The notes under the pieces were generated by a model. That model did not search any database and was not told where the DNA came from. It saw nothing but the letters and a program-made list of their open reading frames with translations. A stretch of DNA of 64,000 nt from Opitutaceae bacterium (lineage in GTDB: Bacteria > Verrucomicrobiota > Verrucomicrobiia > Opitutales > Opitutaceae), in contig JAQUYL010000018.1 of assembly GCA_028691845.1 (NCBI GenBank), forward strand, positions 2,814 to 66,813. The letters are read 5' to 3'. Position numbers and translations under genes: made by a program. Of the stretch, positions 21,098 through 30,017 are shown piece by piece (positions within the stretch are counted from its first letter, which is position 1; every line of letters starts with the position of its first letter).

Positions 21098-22057
21098 TCA
21101 GCAGCACGCCGGCCCAACGGGGCAGTCCGCCGCGCACGAGCAGGAAAAAACATGCGCCACCGCCGCGCCTGCCAGCACGACCACGCCGTTGGCGAAAAAG
21201 TCCGGCACCGCCACCGGCCGGTAGAGGGCAAATAATCCAAGGCAGAGCGGGATGCAGATGTGCCCGTCGCCCGCCTGGGAGCTGAGGACGATGTCCGCGC
21301 GACGCTTCCAGCCCCAGTAGATCGCCAGCAGCGCATTGGGCAGGACCATCAGCCAGCCGCTCAGCCAGCCGAGATTTTGGGCGCTGAGGGAACCTTCCTG
21401 CTGCGTCGAGAGCCAGGCCACCAGCCAGTCGATGCTCACATAAAGGCCGTAGGCGCACGCCAGCACCACCAGCGTGTCGAGATAGAACAACACACCAAAC
21501 GAGACTTTCCGACGGAGATTGTGCTTGAGCACGTCGAACACATGGAAGCTCTGCCAGAACAGGAACAGCCCGACCAGCAGGGCCCCATCGACACGGTCGA
21601 ACCGTCCGTCCCGTCCCAGCAGCCACGCCGCGCCGGTGAAAAACAGCACGGCCACCAGCGTCAGCAACAGCGACAGGCGGTTGATCTCGGAGGCCGCGCC
21701 GCCCCCGCCCCGCTTCGAACCACTGCCCGCGCTCCGCCCCGGCACCACCGCCAGGCCCCACAAAAGCGCAGGCAGACCGAGCACCAGCGTTAGATTGGTG
21801 ACATTGTTGACGAGGCAGTTGGTGAGCACGTCCTGCAGCGGGCTCCCGCGCACGGCGACGACCGCCACAAAGAGCAGATTCCCCAGCCCTGAACAATAGG
21901 GCATCACTAGCGTGCCCAGTGCCGTGCCTTCGAGTCCGTGGTCCAGCATCGCCTCCAGCCGCCACAGCATCACCATCGACGTGATCAAAAACAGCGTGAA
22001 GAAAGTCCACGGACTGGCAAAGTCGATCGATTTGATAAAATCGGTCAGAAAATTCAC
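21098..22057 (-). CDS. sodium/calcium exchanger (CaCA) family membrane protein
   Basis: Frame of ORF 21098..22273. Polytopic, with two alpha-repeat-like motifs (GTLVMPYCSGLGNLLF and GWLMVLPNALLAIYWG ... SSQAGDGHICIP). The start is uncertain: GTG 22057 or ATG 22156. Confidence 0.7.
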   Translation of the reverse strand: MNFLTDFIKSIDFASPWTFFTLFLITSMVMLWRLEAMLDHGLEGTALGTLVMPYCSGLGNLLFVAVVAVRGSPLQDVLTNCLVNNVTNLTLVLGLPALLWGLAVVPGRSAGSGSKRGGGGAASEINRLSLLLTLVAVLFFTGAAWLLGRDGRFDRVDGALLVGLFLFWQSFHVFDVLKHNLRRKVSFGVLFYLDTLVVLACAYGLYVSIDWLVAWLSTQQEGSLSAQNLGWLSGWLMVLPNALLAIYWGWKRRADIVLSSQAGDGHICIPLCLGLFALYRPVAVPDFFANGVVVLAGAAVAHVFSCSCAADCPVGPACC

Positions 22058-22579
22058 CTGTCCCCCAGATAAAGACCCCCGCGCCGCCCTGCAAACTCCT
22101 TCCCGGTTCCAAAGTGATGCCCGGGCTGATGGCGGAACAGAAAATTGTGCCGCCATCCGCCAGAAGCGCCAAGGCAACTCCTGTCCACCAGGGTGGGGCT
22201 TCAAGTCTTCCGGGCATCCCGAGGCCCGCTCAGCAGTCTGTGGCGACCCAGTTCGATCGCCTCGGCGTTCCACCGCCTCGCCCTGCTCGTTTCGGCCTCG
22301 TTATAGGCAAGCTTTGAGCGACATCGGATCGGATAAGAGGCAGCATTTCATACGCATATCCGCTCCCCGGGCGTTATTCGAACCAGGGCTGCTGCTATTC
22401 CCGGAGACTCGAAGAACTCCCGCTTTCCGGAATCCGATAATGATTACCGCAGACAGAATCCGGCTGAACCGCCTCCGAAAAATTCATATAATATTCTTCA
22501 TTTTGATCACAAATGTGCCTTAACTTCCCCCCCCCAGCCTGAAGGGCCGAGAGCCCGACTGGCACCCCTCCAATCCCCT

Positions 22580-23752
22580 ATGAATAAAATGTCTGCACTA
22601 ACTCCCGCAGCCATGCTTGTGCTGGCTGCTGTCTTCGCCCTGCCGACCGCCGTCTTTCCCCAAGAGCCCCCGCCGCCCGACTCTGCTGCCGAGCACAGCG
22701 CCAGTCACGCCGACCGGTCCAAAAAGGCGTTCTACACCAAGAAATTCGATCTCAGCGGCCTGCCGCACTACCGCCCCACCGAGCAGGTCAGCGGCACGCT
22801 GCGCCTCTGGGGCTGCAATTACATCGGCGATTCCGATCTGGCATCATGGTGGCGTGATGCTTTCACCCAATATCACCCGAACATAAAGTTCGATTTCAAT
22901 CTGCCCACCGCTGCGATTGCCGTGCCGGCCCTGTATTTCGATCTCGCCGACATCGGCATGAACCACGAACCCGCCTTTTACGACCACCTCTCGCATGTGC
23001 GCATGAAGGGCTTCGAGCCGACCGGCATCTCGGTCGTGACCGGTTCCTACGATGTCGGCGGTTGGCAAAACTCGATCGTGATCGCGGTGCACCGGTCGAA
23101 TCCGCTGAAAGGAATCACCATGAAGGAACTCGACGGCGTGTTCGGCGCGGCGCGCGACGGCGGCTGGGTCGGCCAGACCTGGCACCCCGAATTCAGCCGC
23201 GGTTCGGACCAGGACATTCGCTCGTGGGGCCAGCTCGGCCTGACCGGGGACTGGGCGAACAAGCGCATCAACGTCTACGGCTACAGCATCCGGTACGCGA
23301 CGTCCCTGGAGTTCTCCAACAAGGTCCTGCAGGCGAGCGACAAGTGGAACAGCGATCTGCATACCTTCGCCAACTGGCGCCGTCCCGATGGGAGCATGTA
23401 TCTCCAATCCGACCAGATCCTCGACCGTATGAAGCAGGATCCCAACGGCATGGGCATACTGCGGTTCAGGTCGGATTTTCCCCCCGAGATCAAGATCCTG
23501 GCCGTGGCGAACACCGCGGCGGGGCCATACATCGACTACACCATCGACACGGCGCAGGACCGCAGTTACCCACTCTGGGGCGACCAGTCGTTCTGGATCA
23601 GCGTCAAGCCCGGCACGAAGATGGCCCCCAAGGTTCGGGAGTTCATACGTTTCGTGCTGAGCCAGGAAGGCCAGGCCTTGGTGCAGCGCGATGGGAAATA
23701 TCTCCCGCTGACCGCCGAGATCGCCCGCGAAGAACTCAAGAAGGTCCAGTAG
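22580..23752 (+). CDS. PstS-family (PBP-like 2) substrate-binding protein, secreted
   Basis: Signal peptide MNKMSALTPAAMLVLAAVFALPTAVFPQ. C-terminal EFIRFVLSQEGQALVQRDGKYLPLT is typical of PstS-type binding proteins. Paralogue of 61634..62818. Confidence 0.75.
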   Translation: MNKMSALTPAAMLVLAAVFALPTAVFPQEPPPPDSAAEHSASHADRSKKAFYTKKFDLSGLPHYRPTEQVSGTLRLWGCNYIGDSDLASWWRDAFTQYHPNIKFDFNLPTAAIAVPALYFDLADIGMNHEPAFYDHLSHVRMKGFEPTGISVVTGSYDVGGWQNSIVIAVHRSNPLKGITMKELDGVFGAARDGGWVGQTWHPEFSRGSDQDIRSWGQLGLTGDWANKRINVYGYSIRYATSLEFSNKVLQASDKWNSDLHTFANWRRPDGSMYLQSDQILDRMKQDPNGMGILRFRSDFPPEIKILAVANTAAGPYIDYTIDTAQDRSYPLWGDQSFWISVKPGTKMAPKVREFIRFVLSQEGQALVQRDGKYLPLTAEIAREELKKVQ

Positions 23753-23766
23753 ACGAACTCCCGCCT

Positions 23767-24546
23767 TCAGCCGATAGCGCGCCGCCCCGTTCTTCTGCGC
23801 ATCAAAACGAGAACACCAGCGACGATGCCGGACACTGCCGTAATCCCGGCGGGCTCCGGCACCGTCGTCACCGTCAGCGTCATGCTGCCGACGGTATCCG
23901 GAGAGTGATTATTATCGCCGACGTCGGGATTACCGGTCGTTCCCAACGAGAAAAAGGTAATGAGATCGGTACTGGATCCCGGGGCCAAGACGCTCATGGC
24001 GGTGAGCGTGACGTTGAGGCCGCCCGTCGTATACGACAACGAGCCGGATCCGGGCACGCCCGACGAATAGGCGGGATTGGAGCCTCTCTCGCCGAAAGTC
24101 GATGTCGCCCCGGAAATGACTGAGAAACTGCTGGCTCCCGTGTTCGGCGCGACCGCGCTGATGCGGTTGCGGGCCAGATCCCCATTGAAGAAGAGATTGA
24201 TTCCGATGAAGAAATCGGATCCCGGAGTGTTGTTGCCAATAAATCCGATGACATAGGAACCGGGTGTGGTCAGGTTAATGTTCGGATTGAGCGAGGAATT
24301 GGAATTGGCACTGTTCTTCCATGCCGGTGAATCGACCGAGCCAGTAAACAGATAGATATTGGACACGGAATTCGCGTCGCCCCCGCCGCCGGCCTCCCAT
24401 CCCAGCGTATTCCAGTAGATAGGATTGTTTCAGGCGTCACTTGTATCAGTCGCCCACATCGTTAGCCCGGACAGGGTGAGTTGCGCGCGTAGCGGAACGG
24501 CCGAGATCGCGATGCCAACAGTAAGAAGGGCCATCGTTCGCTTCAT
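23767..24546 (-). pseudogene. PEP-CTERM sorting-domain secreted protein interrupted by an in-frame TGA (24430..24432)
   Basis: ORF 24430..24657 supplies the signal peptide (MKRTMALLTVGIAISAVPLRAQ). ORF 23767..24366 ends with VPEPAGITAVSGIVAGVLVLMRRR (PEP-CTERM). I verified by hand that the two ORFs are in the same frame and are separated only by TGA followed by 21 sense codons (NNPIYWNTLGWEAGGGGDANS). Confidence 0.7.
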
Positions 24547-24831
24547 GGTGCGCGCCACCATCATGTCGTCACTCGTGCTTCTGAAACAATCGTCTGTCAG
24601 ACTCCGCTTCGGATCGACATAATTAACCCAAGACATTCTGGAACAGTCCGCACCCATCCCTTGCTGCTTGCCCTACTCCCCTGTTTGCGGGGGCCCGACC
24701 GCCGCAATCCTCGTTCCGCACCTGCCCGACTCCAGTTTGTTCGCCATATCCGGGCTCAGCGACAATCTCCGTTCTCCCGCCGCAGCTTTAGTCGGCCCAG
24801 GCGGGATGGGTACCCTCTGGCGCCGCTCCGC

Positions 24832-26223
24832 TCATTGCAGCTCGAGCGGCAGACTCTGCCAGCGGGAGGACAGGGCAGTGAGAACCGGGCTCGTTTTGGG
24901 CGGGATCACGTCCTCGCCGGTCTTTAGAGTGTGCGCGGCGGTGAGATTGCCCAGCACGGCGCAATAGTCGCTGTTGACCATTAAACCGATGAGTTCCCCC
25001 GACTGGCTGAACACCAGATCACCCCTTGACGGGGCAAACTCCCCAAATAGACGGGTCACGATCCGGTTGTCCACCTTCACGAACCCGGGATTCTGCGAGT
25101 CAATGCGGAAGGAGGTCTCGCCGTATTTCCCGTCGGTGGCGCGGACCAGGACGGCGTTGGGGAACTTGAACGGATCGGTGGCGAGATTGTAGATCTTCGC
25201 GCCGATAAGGGCCGCCATTGAAGCGTCAACCGGCACACCAACCAGACGCGGATCCAGGGCAAAAAAGCGCAGCTCCTTCACCGGCAGGGTGAACGAACCG
25301 CGGGCCAGGCTGCCGGTGATGAGATCGAAGTCCACCGGTATCTCAATCAGGCTGAACGGCGTGTCGGCGACATGCAGGAGTGCATAGATCTGGCGGCCGT
25401 CATTCACCAACACGGTCATGCAATCCTTCTCGCGGCGGGCGGGGCCGAACAGTCCCGGACGGCGCGTCGAGAGGTTGAGCCCGACGCGATTCACGAGAAA
25501 GTCGCTGAAGATAACGTTGGGATTGATGGGACGGTTGTCGCGGATTTCCTGCGTGAGTTCGCCTGACTTTTCGGCCAGCTGGCCGACTCCCTGGGCGAGC
25601 TGCTGGGTCTGGGCCTGCACCTTCGCCCGTTCCTGCCGCTCAATCTCGATCTGCTGTTTGGCCTCCGTCAGATTGACGGCAAGCAGCTTGTTTTCCTGCT
25701 GGGCCGCGCCGACTGCCGCATTGAGCGCTTCGATGCGCTTGCGGGCCTCCCCATTCTGCTGTTCCAGCCTGGCGAACTCGGCCTTCTGGCGCTCGGCCTC
25801 AGCCCGGCGCTCTTCAATCTCGCGCTGCAATCCGGCCAGCTGCTCCCGGGTCAGTGCGTTCTCCCTTGTCGCCGCGCCGTATTTCTGTTCGAGACCGCGC
25901 ACATCGTCCTGGGTCGCAGCGAGGGTCTCCTGGAGTTTTTCCTGCTGCTGTTGCGCGTTCGTCAGGCTCTGTTCGCGCTGCTGGAGATCCGCCTGCGTGA
26001 TCTGGAGCTGCTGGGACAGCTGGTCACGGGTGTTTTTTTCATCCTCCAGCGAGATGCGCATGAGTTCGACCATCTCGGCATTAGCCGCAGGATCGGCCGT
26101 CGCGGCCTTGGGCGCAGCCGAAGTGAGCTGCGCATGCGAAGGTTCCGCCTTCTCCCAGCGGGTGAGCGCGAGGAGGTTGAGCAGGAGGAAGTCGCAGATA
26201 ATGAGAAGCAGCGTCTTGTTCAT
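24832..26223 (-). CDS. membrane-anchored coiled-coil protein with a MotB/ExbD-like Asp-containing TM helix and a C-terminal beta domain
   Basis: ATG start. The TM helix LLLIICDFLLLNLLAL has an embedded Asp. About 170 aa of Q/E/A/R-rich heptad sequence follows, then a C-terminal domain of about 230 aa ending ...GDLVFSQSGELIGLMVNSDY... Confidence 0.8.
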   Translation of the reverse strand: MNKTLLLIICDFLLLNLLALTRWEKAEPSHAQLTSAAPKAATADPAANAEMVELMRISLEDEKNTRDQLSQQLQITQADLQQREQSLTNAQQQQEKLQETLAATQDDVRGLEQKYGAATRENALTREQLAGLQREIEERRAEAERQKAEFARLEQQNGEARKRIEALNAAVGAAQQENKLLAVNLTEAKQQIEIERQERAKVQAQTQQLAQGVGQLAEKSGELTQEIRDNRPINPNVIFSDFLVNRVGLNLSTRRPGLFGPARREKDCMTVLVNDGRQIYALLHVADTPFSLIEIPVDFDLITGSLARGSFTLPVKELRFFALDPRLVGVPVDASMAALIGAKIYNLATDPFKFPNAVLVRATDGKYGETSFRIDSQNPGFVKVDNRIVTRLFGEFAPSRGDLVFSQSGELIGLMVNSDYCAVLGNLTAAHTLKTGEDVIPPKTSPVLTALSSRWQSLPLELQ

Positions 26224-26244
26224 GGCGCGAAGGGGATCCGGCGC

Positions 26245-27960
26245 TCAAGCCAGCTGGGCGGAATCCATGATAAGCTTGTGCTTGTAGGGCCGCACGTGGC
26301 GGATTTTCACCAGTGCCACGCACACGATGCCAAAGAGGTTCGATGAATAGGCTGCGAGAAGGTTGGCTTCGATGACGCCAAGCACCTGCAGCACCAGCGC
26401 CGTGGCCGTGCCGGCGATGCCGATGTACAGGCCGCCATCGAACAGGTTTTCCTCGTTGTCCATGAGCCGCAGTTTCAGCGAGCTGGGCAGCGTCCGCCGG
26501 TCGATCTCGGATATTTTCAGCAGGCAGATCACATACATGAGAATCTGCACCAGCGCAAAGACGGTGATGGAAAGCACAGTAGACATGTTCATAGTGGCGG
26601 AGGCGTCGGAGGTTGCGGATGAGAGTGCTGAGGTAGCGCCCAGTACGGGAATGACCAGCCGAAGCTGGTATTCCGAAACCGGGGCCGCCTTGAGCAAATA
26701 GGGTTCGGAAAACACAAAGAAGATGAAGGTCAGGATCAGGGCGAGCAGGCCGCTCTTCATCCGCGGCAGGGTGCCAGCCAGCTCGCGGGCGGAGCGTGCG
26801 AGCGGAGCAAAAAGCCGCAAGTCAATCGAGCGCAGCAGCAAAAAGATGCCGGCCAGAAACGCTCCGTATTTGGCCAGCAGCGCCAGCTCAGGGTTGCTCA
26901 GGGCGAAGGCCGCGCCGATCTCGAACACCGCGCCTGTGCCGGGGGTCATCGGCGCCTGCCGTTGCACAAGCTGCTCCACTGCTCCCTGGCCAAAAGTCAG
27001 GGCCTGGTGAAGATTGTCGGCCCCGGTCTTGCCGAAGGCGATGAGGTAACGCGCCACTGCATCCGCCGATCCCGACATGAGCGTCGCGGTGTAGATAACC
27101 GGTAGTTGTTCCGGAACGATGCGCGCCAGATGGGCGAATTGCGCCACAGTGCCGGTGCTGGTTGCAGTGTGCAGCAGTTCCGAAAGCTGCACCCAGTCAA
27201 GGCGTTTGCCGAGCGACAGGATGTCCAGATAGAATTCCTCGATCCCCCCCATTTGACCGGTCGTAATGGCGTCCTCAGCCAAACCGCGGACCTCGCGCTG
27301 CAAGGAAGAGGGGAAATGCCCCTCCTGCCACAGGCAAGCAGTGAGCAGGATGACGGCATCAAGCGGCTGGCCACCAGCGAGGTGCGCGGGCACGAAACGC
27401 TTTGTGGTGGTAAGACCGGCAGTCTTGAGCAGGGTCTGGACGCCAGGCAACCGCGAGACCGACAGGTAAAGCCGCAGGGTTTCCCGCGCCTGCCGGGTCG
27501 CGAGGAATTTCAGAACCGGCTGCGATTCCGTCGCGCCCACGCCGGTCTTGGGTTGCAGGAGCGGTTCGAATACGGCGTCCCATCCGCCCCACGGAATCAT
27601 TTCCGGATGACGGCGACCAAATTCGGCGAGCTGCTGCGCCAGGGCCGGTGCCGCCGGATCTTCGATCATGCGGGCCGCCTCAGCCACGAGGGTAGCCGGA
27701 CCGGGTTTGTCCATCTCCAGCAAGGCGCGACCGAATGCGACCGTGGTAGTCGAGTCGCGCCCGGCCTCCTTTAACAAGGCTGGATTCAAGGATTTGACAT
27801 TGACGGGCAGCAGCCAAGCCAGCCCGAGCAAGGCCACCCCAAGCGCCAGCCAGCCCACCCAGGCAACAGACGATCTATTTCTGCCGGCCGCAGAGGGTAA
27901 AGTTGTTCCTGGAAGCGTCGTCACAGATGAAGGATGAAACAATTTTATTTGCCGCAGCAA
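26245..27960 (-). CDS. polytopic membrane protein with a MotA/TolQ/ExbB-like C-terminal helix pair (tentative)
   Basis: 571-aa ORF with a TTG start, so the start is uncertain. N-terminal TM, a soluble region of about 300 aa, then a C-terminal TM cluster ending FDGGLYIGIAGTATALVLQVLGVIEANLLAAYSSNLFGIVCVALV. Its stop is 21 nt before the next gene. Confidence 0.7.
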   Translation of the reverse strand: MLRQIKLFHPSSVTTLPGTTLPSAAGRNRSSVAWVGWLALGVALLGLAWLLPVNVKSLNPALLKEAGRDSTTTVAFGRALLEMDKPGPATLVAEAARMIEDPAAPALAQQLAEFGRRHPEMIPWGGWDAVFEPLLQPKTGVGATESQPVLKFLATRQARETLRLYLSVSRLPGVQTLLKTAGLTTTKRFVPAHLAGGQPLDAVILLTACLWQEGHFPSSLQREVRGLAEDAITTGQMGGIEEFYLDILSLGKRLDWVQLSELLHTATSTGTVAQFAHLARIVPEQLPVIYTATLMSGSADAVARYLIAFGKTGADNLHQALTFGQGAVEQLVQRQAPMTPGTGAVFEIGAAFALSNPELALLAKYGAFLAGIFLLLRSIDLRLFAPLARSARELAGTLPRMKSGLLALILTFIFFVFSEPYLLKAAPVSEYQLRLVIPVLGATSALSSATSDASATMNMSTVLSITVFALVQILMYVICLLKISEIDRRTLPSSLKLRLMDNEENLFDGGLYIGIAGTATALVLQVLGVIEANLLAAYSSNLFGIVCVALVKIRHVRPYKHKLIMDSAQLA

Positions 27961-27994
27961 GGCGCGAGCCTAACTTTCGTTCATCCTCCGACCG

Positions 27995-28585
27995 ATGTTG
28001 CTAAGAATTGTTCACTACAACGAACCCGTGCTCCGTAAAAAGGGCGAGAAGATCGCAGTATTTGACGCTGCCCTGAACCAACTGGCGTGCGACATGATTG
28101 AAACCATGCACGCCTCCGACGGCATCGGGCTGGCGGCCCAGCAGGTCGGCCATCCCATCCATCTGTGCGTGGTGGACCTGAGTCGGGTGGAAAGCGATTT
28201 CGACTGGGCTTTCAACGGCGCACGCCCTCCGTTGGAGCTTTTCATGCCGCTCGTCCTTGTTAACCCCCGGGTCGAAGCAGTACCCCAACCCACCACGGTT
28301 TGCGAGGAAGGCTGCCTGTCCTTCCCAAAAATCCGTGGCGACGTAGTCCGGCCCGACGAAATCGCGGTGGATTTTCAGGATACTGCCGGCAACGTTCATA
28401 CGCTCCGCTGCAACGGCATGTTCGCCCGGTGCATCCAGCATGAGGTCGATCACCTAAACGGTGTGTTTTTCATCGATTCCGGACGGATGGACAAGGCAGT
28501 CCGGGCCAAACTGGAGCCCGCCATCAAAGAGCTTAAAAAACAGACCCAAGAGAGGGCCAGAGCCGCTGCCGCTGCCGCGAAATAG
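27995..28585 (+). CDS. def: peptide deformylase
   Basis: The three PDF motifs are present: GIGLAAQQVG, EGCLSFP, HEVDHLNG. Confidence 0.95.
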   Translation: MLLRIVHYNEPVLRKKGEKIAVFDAALNQLACDMIETMHASDGIGLAAQQVGHPIHLCVVDLSRVESDFDWAFNGARPPLELFMPLVLVNPRVEAVPQPTTVCEEGCLSFPKIRGDVVRPDEIAVDFQDTAGNVHTLRCNGMFARCIQHEVDHLNGVFFIDSGRMDKAVRAKLEPAIKELKKQTQERARAAAAAAK

Positions 28586-28587
28586 CC

Positions 28588-29139
28588 ATGGCCTCACGGC
28601 GCCAATCCTCCCTTCGTTCCATCGCCACACGTACGGGTGATGACGGCACCAGCAGTCTGCTTTTCGGGCAACGCGTGCCCAAGGACCATCCCCAGATCGA
28701 AGCCGTGGGCGCCCTGGACGAGTTTAATGCCATGCTCGGTCTGGCCCGAGCCACCTGTCGCAAGACATCGCGCAGGAGGACACTCGAGCGCATCCAACAC
28801 GATTTGGTCGCCCTGATGGGAGAGGCCGCGTGCGCCGAGGCCGATGCCAAACGTTATGCCCGGAAAAAATTTGCCAGACTGACCGCCGCCGATCTTGAAA
28901 GCGTCGATGCCGCCATCACCGCCATCGAAGCGCAGCGGCGGCTCCCGGGCGACTGGGCCACGCCGGGGGCGAATTTGCACGCCGCCGCTCTTGATCTCGC
29001 CCGCACGTCGGCCCGCCGCGCCGAGCGCCGTCTGGTCGCGCTGGCCAAGCACGGCCGCCTCTTGCGGCCCCTGCTCCTGCAATACATCAACCGCGTTTCC
29101 GATTTGTTGTGGTTGATGGCCCGGGCAGCGGAGTCATGA
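28588..29139 (+). CDS. PduO-type ATP:cob(I)alamin adenosyltransferase
   Basis: TRTGDDGTSSLLFGQRVPKDHPQIEAVGALDEFNAMLG and the C-terminal YINRVSDLLWLMAR pattern typical of the PduO/MMAB family. Confidence 0.85.
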   Translation: MASRRQSSLRSIATRTGDDGTSSLLFGQRVPKDHPQIEAVGALDEFNAMLGLARATCRKTSRRRTLERIQHDLVALMGEAACAEADAKRYARKKFARLTAADLESVDAAITAIEAQRRLPGDWATPGANLHAAALDLARTSARRAERRLVALAKHGRLLRPLLLQYINRVSDLLWLMARAAES

Positions 29140-29187
29140 CACATTTTCTCTTTGTGGTTTCCCGACCCCTTTCCTAATTAATACATC

Positions 29188-29796
29188 ATGCTTGTCGCCA
29201 TCGCACTGATAATTTTCGCCACCCTCTACCGGCTGCTGCCCGTGGTGGATCCGTCGCTCTCGAACTTTTCGCCGGTCATGGCGATCGCCTTCTGCGGGGC
29301 GGTATATTTCCGCCGGCGCCGGATGTGGATCATTCCCTTTGTGGCGCTTGGGCTCTCCGATCTGTATCTCAATTATTTCTACGCGCAGGAATACGGCTAC
29401 AGTTCGCCGTGGACTGGTCTAGCGGTGCGCGACCTCTGCTTCGCCGCAGCTCTGTGGGCTGGCGCCTTTGTCGCACGGCGCAAATCCTGGCTCAACCTGT
29501 TCAATGGCAGCCTGCTCTGCGCCTTGCTCTTCTATTTCGCCACCAATACGCAACAGTGGCTGGGCGATCCCTTCTACGCAAAATCCTTGGCCGGCTGGTG
29601 GCAGGCCCTGACCCTCGGGCATCCCGAGTTCCCTCCCACAGTTTTTTTCTTCAGAAACACGCTGCTGGGTGATCTGATGTTCACCGGGCTCTTCGCGGGA
29701 ATCATGGAATGGCTGGCCCAGCGTCAGGGTAAACCGAACCTGCTCGACAAGGAGCCCGAGAAAGAGCCCACCGAGGAAAAATTGCCGGCGGAGTGA
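29188..29796 (+). CDS. integral membrane protein (DUF6580-like, tentative)
   Basis: About 6 TM helices. The N-terminal LYRLLPVVDPSLSNFSPVMAIAFCGAVYF resembles the DUF6580 signature as I recall it. Acidic/Lys tail. Confidence 0.6.
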   Translation: MLVAIALIIFATLYRLLPVVDPSLSNFSPVMAIAFCGAVYFRRRRMWIIPFVALGLSDLYLNYFYAQEYGYSSPWTGLAVRDLCFAAALWAGAFVARRKSWLNLFNGSLLCALLFYFATNTQQWLGDPFYAKSLAGWWQALTLGHPEFPPTVFFFRNTLLGDLMFTGLFAGIMEWLAQRQGKPNLLDKEPEKEPTEEKLPAE

Positions 29797-30017
29797 TCCC
29801 CTCCCGCAGCCGGTGATCGTGTTAGGGGAGGAGAGCAAGCGCGCCGGCACCTTTTATTTGAACGCCGTCCGCTTTATCGGCGCTACTCCCGAGAAGTTCT
29901 TTGCGCGGCGTGGAGGACCTGCCCTGAGCCGCGCCTGTCTGGACAGATCGCCACCATCAGGCATCGACCCGCGTTGGTCTCCTCGATCAGGCGCAAAGGA
30001 GGGAATCGGTGGCTGCC

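Noticed and set aside
24430-24432. Selenocysteine or programmed recoding at the in-frame TGA of the PEP-CTERM gene
   Set aside because: Only a weak 6-bp stem (CCUAUC...GAUGGG) with a 16-nt loop lies downstream, with no SECIS-like apical loop. A Sec in a secreted structural protein with no redox motif is implausible. A nonsense mutation or base-call error is more likely.
24832-27960. Interpreting the stator-like pair as a Zorya (ZorAB) defence system, with the SNF2 helicase at 48536..50944 as ZorD
   Set aside because: ZorA has its MotA-like domain at the N-terminus with a C-terminal tail, and ZorB has a peptidoglycan-binding domain. Here the arrangement differs. There is no ZorC/ZorD-like gene adjacent, and the SNF2 gene is more than 20 kb away in an unrelated context.
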